This document shows positions 35,998 through 44,434 of a stretch of 64,000 nt of DNA, piece by piece; the stretch's first letter is position 1; each line of letters opens with the position of its first letter. The stretch is from contig CAVZDJ010000036.1 of NCBI GenBank assembly GCA_963773975.1, positions 3,263 to 67,262 of the forward strand, given 5' to 3'. Source of the stretch: an uncultured delta proteobacterium. GTDB lineage: Bacteria > Desulfobacterota > Binatia > Binatales > Binataceae. Under the pieces are notes generated by a model that was not told the origin of the DNA, did not search any database, and was given only the letters and a program-made list of their open reading frames with translations. Both the position numbers and the translations under genes were made by a program.

Positions 35998-38900
35998 CTA
36001 GTTGCTCAACTCGTCGAGCAGCGCCTTGGCGTCCTTGAGGTCGGCGGTGTCGAAGCCCTCGGTGAACCAGCCGTAGATTTCGGCCAGCATCGTGTGCGCT
36101 TCGTCGCGGCGGCCCTGTTTCGCCAGCAGACGGGCGAGACGTGTAGTGGCACCCAGCTCGAAAGATTTTGCGCTTTGGCTTTGCGCGATCCGAATCGCGG
36201 TGCGAAAGCTTTGCTCAGCCTCCACGTCGCTGCCCTGGATGCGCGTCAACTCCCCCTTTAGTGAATAGAGCTGTGCCTCTTGGAAGCGTTCTCCACGGTT
36301 TTCTACAAGCGCGAGCGCCTCCGCCAATACCTTAGCACCCTTTTCCCTTTGGCCACTTCTTAGGCGCGCCTCCAACAATTCGGCAAGAAACTGTGTCATG
36401 TACCCAATTGCGCCCGCGGCCTTCCAACCAGCGATGCCCTCAAGCATTCCGGCGATTCCCGCTTCCTCCTTGCCCAGCCTCACCAAGGCATAGCCGCGAC
36501 CGATTGTTACTGCCGCCGACCAAGATGGAAAGCCCCGCTCACGCGAGAGCGCTATCACGTCCGCAAGCTTCAGCCCCGCCTGCGCTTCGCCACGCCAAGT
36601 GTGGACCCAGCTAGCGAATCCCGAGGCATATATGAGGCTGGTAGGATGAGCTACCTCCCTAGCCAGGGTCAGTGCCTCACTGATCTTCTCAAGGGCCTGA
36701 TCCGGATAGCCTGATTCCCATAAGACCCAAGAGGCAATGGAGCGGGCTGACACCCCGGCTTCCATTCCGATCCCGGAGAGGAAACGACGCTGCTGTTGGG
36801 AATTGTAGAGCGCGATACTTGCTCAAGGTGCGCGCGGGCTGGAACAAGCTCACCGAGAAAATACAAAGCTGTTCCCAATCCGTAGTGGGCTTCCAGAATG
36901 AGGCCCGGATCGCCGGTGCTGTCTGCCAATCGCACAAGCTGTTCTCCCAGCTCACGGCTCGTCTGTAATTCTCCATGCAACATGTAGAAGTAACGGAGCC
37001 CCGCCAGTACCGGGAAAAGCTGTGGGGTTTCCCCAATCTGGCGACATAGCGCTAGCGCCCGCTGGTAAGCCGCTCCAGTTTCCGGTGCCCCAAAGCCTTT
37101 GATAGCGAGCAACGAAGGGCCCATCGTTACCTGCAGCGCGAGTTCTTGTTGAGCGCGCTCCGGTACATCCGGCAACGTCGCCAGCAGGTCCACTCCTCTG
37201 GAGAGATGGCTGACTGCCTCCAGATGCGCGGAACGGCGACTCGCCAGCTGCCCTGCCTGCAGCCAGTATGGGACGGCATGCGCGACGAGGCCGGCTTCGG
37301 TGTAGTGACGAGCCAGCAGTTCCGGCTGAGTCTCTTTTATCTCCGGAAATCGCTCCGCCAGCGTTTGCGCGATGTGCTTGTGATATTGCTGGCGGGTGCT
37401 TCTGAGTAATGACTGGTAGGCCGCATCCTGAATTAACGCGTGTCGAAAGATGTATCGCGCCTGCGGCAACAGCCCACGCTGATGGAGGATTTCGGATTCG
37501 ACCAGCTTCTTGAGCGCCTCCTGGAGAGCTGTCGCATCCAACGACGCGACCGCCTGCAGCAACTCATAGGAGAACTCCCGCCCAAGAGCAGCCGCGAGTT
37601 GCGCGACTTCCTTGGCGGCACCCAACCTGTCGAGGCGGGCCATCAACGAGTCGTTTAGCGACGACGGAATCGTCAGCGCGTTCCGCGGGCTCGTTAGTTC
37701 GTAGTGCCCGTCGTGCTCCCGCAGCAGTCCCGATTCCATGACCGCTCTGGTCAACTCCTCGACGAACAGTGGTACGCCGTCGGTTTTGCTTAAGACCTCC
37801 TGCATCACCTGGACGGGCAATCCCTTTCCGCCCGTCATCCGCTGCACCATCGTCTCCACCTCTCGTTGTCCAAGGTGAGCGAGCATCAGGTGGGCGATAT
37901 GCGAGCGCGGTGGCCAGGGAGGCCGAAAGTCCGGACGAAAAGTAAACACGGCGAGCAGTCGCGTAGCGGGCACCTGATCGAGCAGGAGTGGATAGCATTC
38001 CAGACTGGAGGGATCGGCCCAGTGCAAATCCTCCCAGACGTAGTACACGGGCGCCTTTTCCGCCTCTTCGATGGTCCACGCCACCAAGGCTGCTCGCGTT
38101 TTCTCCTTCTGCTTCTGCGGACTCAGGTTGGGTGGAGCGGAATTGACGGGAAGCGGCAACGAGAGCAACGAGGCCATCAGCGGGAGCGTATCAGGCTCGG
38201 TGAAGTGGTAGCTTGCAAGCATCCGGGCGAGTTTGTCCAGCTTCGATTCTGCGGGCTCTTCGCGCTGAAACCCCAACAGCCGCTGCAAGTGATCGATGAT
38301 CGGATAGAAGGCGCTGTTCCGATGATAAGGAGAGCAGCGAAATTCAATCCGTGTCGCACCCTCCGTCAGCGCTTCTTGCCCGAGCGTTTGCACCAGCCTG
38401 GACTTGCCGATTCCCGGCTCCCCACTGAGTAGCACCACCTGGCCTTTACCTTGCCTGGCGTCTTGCCATCGCTCGCGCAGCATGCCCAATTCGTGCTCGC
38501 GCCCGACCAGCGGCGTCAGCCCGGTCTTGACAGCGACTTCGAAGCGGCTCTGCGCCTCGCTCTCCCACACGACCCGATACAAAAACGATGGGCTGGAGAT
38601 GCCTTTGAGCGTTCGCTGCCCCAGGTCCTCGCATTCGAACAGGCCGGCCACCAGGCGGTAGGTCGCAGGGCTGATGACCACACTGTCGGGCATCGCCTGC
38701 TCCTGCAGCCGGGCCGCGAAATTGGGCGTCTCCCCTACTATCGCGTGGTGTTCCGGATAGTCTCCGCTGCCCATCTCGCCTGCGACCACCAGCCCGGTGT
38801 GGATACCGACACGGACGTGGATCGGATGGGGCAATTGCGCGCCCCGTAGTTTCTCGACGATGGCTAGGCCAGCCCGCGCCGCGCGGGCGGCATCATCTTC

Positions 38901-39338
38901 GTGCGCGGCCGGATAGCCGAAGTACGCCAGTAATCCATCGCCGAGATATTGGGCAACGTAGCCATCGAAGGAGGTGATCGCGCGGACGCAGACCTCCTGG
39001 TACGAGCGCATCAGCTCGCGCAGTTCCTCGGGGTCTAGTTGCTCCGAGAGCGGAATTGAGCCGACCACGTCACAGAACATCACCGTCAGCTGGCGCCGCT
39101 CGCCCTCGGGCACTTCGCGTGGTTTGTCGTGTTCGACCACGACGGGTGCGGCTGCGGGCTCGGCTGACCGTGGAGCGGCCGTTGATTGGGAGAGATTGGC
39201 GCCGCAATCGCCGCAAAATTTCTGGCCGGCAGGATTCTCGACACCGCACCTCGCACAGCGGTTGCCAAGCGGCGACCCGCAGTCACCGCAGAACCGTTTG
39301 CTGTCTGGATTCTCAGAGCCGCAGCTGGTGCAACGCAT
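35998..39338 (-). CDS. Double zinc-ribbon plus class III adenylate/guanylate cyclase plus AAA/STAND ATPase plus TPR protein; one frameshift near 36820
   Basis: The N-terminus MRCTSCGSENPDSKRFCGDCGSPLGNRCARCGVENPAGQKFCGDCG forms two zinc ribbons. The cyclase domain reads RRQLTVMFCDVVGS…YLGDGLLAYFGYP…GIHTGLVVAGEMG…GETPNFAARL. The P-loop is VVLLSGEPGIGKSRLV. The TPR-like C-terminus continues in ORF 35998-36765, with …HLEQ / ASIALYNSQQQRRFLSGIGMEAGV… at the junction. Confidence 0.85.
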
Positions 39339-39682
39339 CGGCTTACCCGGAAAAACAAGCGACTGGCCCCTCTTGTATCACCCGACGCTGGGAAGGGGCA
39401 GCGCTGCGAAAAGACGATTCGAGCGCGGCACGAAGATGGATTTGACCATCTACGATGATCGCGAATCGCATCAAGCCTACTTGGGAGGTAGAGCGGGGCC
39501 GCGCGGCGTGAGGGCCGGCCTGAAAAAAACCTAGCGATGGCCCCGGTTCTAATTATCGACGGTCCGTATCGCAGCCTACGGTACACGGCGGACTGCGGCG
39601 CGTTGCGCATTGGTCGTTATCAAACTAGGCTTCGGGGCGTGTTTTCGCCGGCAAGCTAACGTCGCGCCGGAGTGGTATAGTT

Positions 39683-40381
39683 ATGGTCTGGAAAGTGACC
39701 CCGGACTGGCAACCTGGCCGGGTAGGGACCGCGAGCGGCGGGAAGGGGATGAAGTGCTCCGAGACTGGAGCGCTGGGATTTTGCAAGCCAACGGACGTAG
39801 CTCAGGAGAAAATTTGCGCCGACTTGGCCCACGATTTGGGCTTGAAAGTGCCGGAAGTGCGCCTCGATCAAGCAGATGGATTTACGAAGACCGTTGCGGT
39901 ATCCATAGCCTTCGGGAAAGTGAGTTTGGATTGCCGTCATGCGGCCGCAAATCCAGCGATCCTGAAGTCCAACGAATTTCAAACTGCCCTGCGTGATGCT
40001 TCTAGCCTCCTCGCATTCCATGCATGGGTAGGCACGGGCGACTTGAAGGACGACCATCTGCTTTACGCTGAAGATGAGCAGGGCCAATACAGTATCGCCG
40101 CGATTGATTTTGCTTCCGCGTTACCATGGCGGCGCGGCGACGCGGTGCCGCCAGTATCCGCGCCAAGCGGACCTCCAATTCTCACCGCAGCCCCGGACAA
40201 GACAACGCTTGCGGCCGCTGTTCAACGAATCGAGGACTTTACAGACGAAGCACTCACGCGCATTGTTGACGCGGTGCCGGTTGATGTATTGCCCGCCGAG
40301 GAAAAGCACCGCATTCTCGACGGCCTCAAAGTTCGTCGCACACAGGTCCGTCCAGCGATGAAAGGGAAGGGATGGATATGA
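39683..40381 (+). CDS. HipA-like / PI3-4-kinase-fold small kinase
   Basis: …GFCKPTDVAQEKICADLAHDLGLKVPEVRL… is a nucleotide-binding N-lobe-like region. …LLAFHAWVGTGDLKDDHLLY…YSIAAIDFASAL corresponds to the catalytic loop (compare FDxxIxNxDRHxxNxL) and an IDF/DFG-like motif. Length is 232 aa. Confidence 0.55.
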   Translation: MVWKVTPDWQPGRVGTASGGKGMKCSETGALGFCKPTDVAQEKICADLAHDLGLKVPEVRLDQADGFTKTVAVSIAFGKVSLDCRHAAANPAILKSNEFQTALRDASSLLAFHAWVGTGDLKDDHLLYAEDEQGQYSIAAIDFASALPWRRGDAVPPVSAPSGPPILTAAPDKTTLAAAVQRIEDFTDEALTRIVDAVPVDVLPAEEKHRILDGLKVRRTQVRPAMKGKGWI

Positions 40382-40902
40382 GTCAGGTTCAAGGACTTCG
40401 CGTCGAGTTTCAAACAAACCTACAGAAACCGACGCCCCCAATACCTCTGGGCGTAGTCGTCCATGTCACATTGGGCAAAAATCGCAACCTTGTCGCGCTC
40501 TTAGGGAAGCAGCCCAAACCAGACCGGAAACCTCCAGAATGGCAGGGTGTAACAGGATTAGGATTGCAACTCGTGACAAACTGGATTGACGCATTCTGCA
40601 AAGACCTCGCGGAGAAGTCGCCGAATGCCGAAGATGGCCCTCTCGCCCACCTTTGCTCGCGCTGGTATTCAAATCTTTATGCCACCGCACCCACCAAAAT
40701 TACGCCGAAGAAGGGCGAATCACTGAATGACATTATCCTGAGGTTCTATAAGGAACATATGGGCGAGGCTTTCCCCAAAGAGGCGATCCCACCTCGTCAA
40801 TTGCCACGACCACGAAGCAAGGCGGCAGCACGAAAAAAAACGCCCCACGCGACGTACGACTATCAATCTGTTGAGCGGATGGCAGCCAGCGCCGCAGGTT
40901 GA
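40372..40902 (+). CDS. Hypothetical protein translationally coupled to the HipA-like kinase
   Basis: The ATG at 40378 overlaps the kinase TGA in an ATGA junction, and ATG 40372 is also in frame. The product is 174-176 aa with a basic C-terminus (PRPRSKAAARKKTPH). I could recognise no family. Confidence 0.55.
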   Translation: MDMSQVQGLRVEFQTNLQKPTPPIPLGVVVHVTLGKNRNLVALLGKQPKPDRKPPEWQGVTGLGLQLVTNWIDAFCKDLAEKSPNAEDGPLAHLCSRWYSNLYATAPTKITPKKGESLNDIILRFYKEHMGEAFPKEAIPPRQLPRPRSKAAARKKTPHATYDYQSVERMAASAAG

Positions 40903-41131
40903 GCGACCTACGATTCGGAAGGTCCTCCGCCTCCGGTGAGGTAAGGTTGCGGGCTGGCTTCGGCCAGCCCGCATTTCGTATCAGCAACACAGAATCAGAG
41001 CACCGCCCGCTGCCGAGCGGTCTTGACCGAACCGTCTCATTTCGCGAGTGTAGGTGCCATTCTTCGCCCCACGGCGGATCGCAGGTACGCGGCGCTGATC
41101 GTCTGGCTTTAGGCAGCTTGGCATTGGGCAC

Positions 41132-41640
41132 GTGTTGGCTTCCCTTCATCTCGTCGGTGTTGTCTCAGATACTCATGGTTTGATTCGGCCCGAGGCACTA
41201 GATGCTCTCCGGGACTCGGAGGCTCGTCGTTCACTGTGGCGACATCGGTGGCCCAGCGGTCCTGGAAGCGCTGGAAACCCTTGCACCTGTCCGCGCGATC
41301 CGCGGCAATAACGACAAGGGCGCTTGGGCTTCCAGCCTTCCGACATACGACGTCGTCGAGGTCGGCACCCACGCGATCTATGTCCTTCACAACCTCTTGG
41401 AGTCTCGACCTCGATCCGGAGGCCGCTGGCTTCACGGCCGTCCTCTCCGGTCACTCTCACAAGCCTGTGATCGAGAAACGCGGCAAGATTCTCTTTGTTA
41501 ATCCGGGCAGCGCTGGTCCGCGGCGGTTCAGGCTGCCGGTGACAGTTGCCACGCTTGCCCTGCGGTCCGGTCGTTGCGAAGCCAAAATTGTTGAGCTCGC
41601 ATTATGTCAGCAGAGCCGCAAACCGGGACGTTCCAACTGA
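41132..41640 (+). pseudogene. YfcE/MJ0936-type metallophosphoesterase with two frameshifts
   Basis: Three frames together give a complete family sequence. The first frame reads LHLVGVVSDTHGLIRPEALDALRDSE. The second reads LVVHCGDIGGPAVLEALETLAPVRAIRGNNDKG…IYVLHN. The third reads LDLDPEAAGFTAVLSGHSHKPVIEKRGKILFVNPGSAGPRRF. The shifts are at about 41221 (an extra G in a GG run) and about 41395. Confidence 0.7.
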
Positions 41641-41743
41641 TCAACTGCGATGTGCGAGGAACACGACGGGTGGGGCATGATCAAACCATAACACACCCCG
41701 TATAGTTACGCCGCCGTTGGCATCAGTCACGGCGCAGATCTAA

Positions 41744-41965
41744 ACAGAACGACGGCACCAGCCGCGACACTTCGGCAAATTTCACTTCGGTAGAATCGAA
41801 ATTGATGGCGTTACCTATGAACGTGACGTCGTCATTGACCGCGGCAGGATTCGCAAGCGCAAGAAGAAGCCCTCGAAAAGATTCCGCGAGGAGTTCGGAC
41901 ATACCCCGGTCTCGGTCGAGGAGAGATACCCTGGAAGTGCCTGGCCTAACTTCACTTTGACTTAA
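41744..41965 (+). pseudogene. Mth938/DUF498-like protein fragment with no start codon and an aberrant C-terminus
   Basis: Manual translation gives …FGKFHFGRIEIDGVTYERDVVIDRGRIRKRKKKPSKRFREEFGHTPVSVEE…. This matches the N-terminal half of the family, after which similarity is lost. The open frame is 73 codons with no ATG, GTG or TTG near the 5' end. Confidence 0.4.
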
Positions 41966-42161
41966 GCGCGCGTCGGTGGGACTGTTTGGCTTGCGGGGGT
42001 ACAGCACACGGTCCTCGGCGGTTCCTCCTTTTTGGGGCGGGGCGGTGACGAAGCCGCATCGCCGCTCCGCCCACTTTTCAGATACCAACCACCAATTCAG
42101 TCCCGGTCAGCGATGGCCGGGGCTTTTTGCTGCCCCGCAATCGGCACACCGCGGAGCGGGT

Positions 42162-42914
42162 ATGATCGCCTCGATGGCTAGGAACCTTGCGACCTTCGAC
42201 GTCGGCAACCGCGCCGGCGAAAAGCTGACCCCCGAGACCCATGAACTGTTCTGCAACACGCTGCGCGTCACCGGCCGCATCTCCATCTCCGCCTCACGCT
42301 GCTGCATCGCCCTCAGCACCGCCAGAGCCTGGTTGCGCCGCGGCGCGCGCGAAGAGACCGGCATCTATCGCAGCTTCCTGGACGATGTCGAAAAAGCGCG
42401 AGCGGAATTCCTGTTGCTGGCTTCGCGCCGGCTGAGCCAATTGGCGGTCGGCGGCGTCGTGCAGTTACCTGCGTACGACAAGAAAACCGGTGCGCCGCTG
42501 CGTGACCATCGCGAGGACTGCCCGGCCATTCCCGGCGTCCCATGCGGCTGCGAACTGATCGTGACCGAGCGCGTGCTCTTGCCGAATGCGAACGCTCTCA
42601 TGTTTCAACTCGACCGCTCAGACCCGCAACCGAATGGCGACCCGGCGCCAGACCTACCCGAGCACCCAACGCTGACCGCCGCGGAAGCGCTCACCAGGGC
42701 GACGGTCCACTTCGACCTGCTCACCGAGGCAGTAACAATTCTGACGCAACTCGGGGTCCCCCTACCGCAGGTAATCCGCGAGCAGCCGGCCATCGAAACC
42801 ACGGCCACGGCCGCGCCAGCCGAATCCGAGCCCGCGAAAGTGGGGTCCGCAGAACGGACACCACTCGAGCCCGCAACCGCGACTAAGCCGAAGTCCGACC
42901 CCGAACCGTTCTAA
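42162..42914 (+). CDS. Phage-like HTH protein; the N-terminus resembles terminase small-subunit / HTH DNA-binding modules
   Basis: The ATG at 42162 has GGAGCGGG upstream. …GNRAGEKLTPETHELFCNTLRVTGRISISASRCCIALSTARAWLRRGAREETGIYRSFLDDVEKARAEF… resembles phage small-terminase/HTH N-termini. The C-terminus is acidic and Pro-rich. The function is uncertain. Confidence 0.4.
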   Translation: MIASMARNLATFDVGNRAGEKLTPETHELFCNTLRVTGRISISASRCCIALSTARAWLRRGAREETGIYRSFLDDVEKARAEFLLLASRRLSQLAVGGVVQLPAYDKKTGAPLRDHREDCPAIPGVPCGCELIVTERVLLPNANALMFQLDRSDPQPNGDPAPDLPEHPTLTAAEALTRATVHFDLLTEAVTILTQLGVPLPQVIREQPAIETTATAAPAESEPAKVGSAERTPLEPATATKPKSDPEPF

Positions 42915-42941
42915 CTCGCGTTTCCTTGCATTGTTTTGAAA

Positions 42942-43404
42942 TTAGCCGCGATCGCACGCGATAGCAGCGGCGAAGAGTAGAGCAGAGACGCACGCACATA
43001 TCGCGGCGGCGCGATTCCATTTGGCGGACTTTTTTCAGGGCAGCGAGTATCGCTAGGGGATTCTCGGAGAGACCAGGCCAATCATCGCTGAGTTGTGGCG
43101 TTTTGCGCGCCGCTGAGGCGAACCAGAAGCAAGCCGCAGCAAGAGAGAAAATAGCGGTTCCAGTGTTGAGGGCGACCTCGATCACGCAGTCTGTCCCTGT
43201 TTCCCATTTGTCCACGATTCCGCTCAGCACCGCAACAGAACCGCACCGCACCGCGCACAGCGCTACCCACGCGCGAACGCTGGACCATCCGCGCAAGGTC
43301 TGGACCGACCCGGAAATCCGAGCGCTCATATCGGTCCGCAGACCCCAAAAACCCCTGTAAAACCGTCGCAATTTCACCGCGAATCTAACCGCGCGACAGT
43401 CCAA
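42942..43404 (-). CDS. Small multi-TM membrane protein; frameshift at an A6 homopolymer
   Basis: The track ORF 42883-43404 has TM-like segments (WVALCAVRCGSVAVLSGIV, GTAIFSLAAACFWFASAA). After LKK (T6/A6 run at 43030-43035) it turns Arg-rich. Removing one A gives LKKSAKWNRAAAICACVSALLFAAAIACDRG, a further TM helix, with a stop at 42942-42944. Confidence 0.45.
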
Positions 43405-44015
43405 GTTGAGTCAAAGTCATCGAATAGTTCAATAGTTATACGGGTTTTTCAGCGCGCATCGAATGCTTAGTTCGCTGTACGGTCCCGCGCATCCAAGCCG
43501 CTAACCGCGCAGATTAGCCTACGCGGCGTGTGGTTTCGCGTCGATCCGGTTCACGGCGGTAGAGCTTTGCGGCCTGAAACCTCGCGCGCGTAGGCAGGCA
43601 CGAAACGGGCAGCCGCCAGGCGCCGTCCAAGTTAAAAAGTCTAGTCAAAGTCAAAAGTCAAACCAACGTGCAGAGAGACCCCTATACAGAGCACTAAGAG
43701 ATCACCCCTTACAGACAGAGAACTGAGACACTCTTATATATATTTTGAACTAATTGACTAAATGACTTATCTTATAGGGAAAGCCTTTATCTGTGCGGCT
43801 TTTTCGCTAGTCAATTTGCAAGTCAAAAATCCCGCCTTTCGCGAATAGTTTGACTTTTCGGCCGCCGCGTTTTCGCGATTCACTAAAAAAGCCGGTTCGC
43901 CTGGCTCTGAGACCGGGAAAGGGAATGGCCCGGCCATAATTTTTGACTTGGACTCTGGCGGGGTGTCGCGCTGCTCCGCGCGTCTCCGCACAGCCCCTTT
44001 CGCGAAGAGTTATGC
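43399..44015. repeat. Iteron-like cluster, a candidate origin or arm-site region of the integrative element
   Basis: At least 9 copies of AGTCAA/TTGACT occur in about 550 bp. They include the tandem TAGTCAAAGTCAAAAGTCAAA (43641-43661). GTCCAAGTT occurs at 43399 and 43624. CCTTTCGCGAA[T/G]AGTT occurs at 43834 and 43996. There is an AT-rich stretch, TATATATATTTTGAAC, at about 43736. The region has lower GC than its surroundings. Confidence 0.55.
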
Positions 44016-44225
44016 ACAGCCTCCTGAATGGTTTTTTGCGCTGCTAGGGCCGCGCGAACCTGTGGAATCCCTATTGACAAGGGGGTAGCGCAGCCCGTCC
44101 CAGGCCGATATAAACGTCGCCCGCTCCAGCTTCGGGTGGGACTCTCGACCCGACCCGAAAAATAAATCGGTAAAAATTTTTGAATTTCCAAGCGCGGCAC
44201 ACCAAAACGAAAGTAGCATTTAGAA

Positions 44226-44429
44226 ATGGACGACTCGACACGATTTAAAGCAGATGAAGACGACCCGCTGCTGACCTTTCGGCAGGTCGTGAAGATGCTC
44301 CATAGTTCGCATCGGCGCCTGAAAAAAGCGCACGCGGCTGGTCAGTTCGAAGCGATTTTAATCGGCAAGCGCTGGGCGATACCTAGACGCGAAGCGTTGC
44401 GGTTGCTCTCCGAGAAGGTCGCGAAGTAG
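44226..44429 (+). CDS. Excisionase/AlpA-like HTH DNA-binding protein
   Basis: 67 aa. …LLTFRQVVKMLHSSHRRLKKAHAAGQFEAILIGKRWAIPRREALRLL is the MerR/excisionase-type HTH pattern. Confidence 0.7.
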   Translation: MDDSTRFKADEDDPLLTFRQVVKMLHSSHRRLKKAHAAGQFEAILIGKRWAIPRREALRLLSEKVAK

Positions 44430-44434
44430 TTCCG

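Noticed and set aside
43399-44015. Short repeats (AGTCAAA units), considered as a possible CRISPR array.
   Set aside because: - The repeat units are only 6-9 nt.
- Their spacing is irregular and they occur in both orientations.
- There are no 25-40-nt repeats with unique spacers, and no cas genes are present. An iteron or binding-site array fits better.
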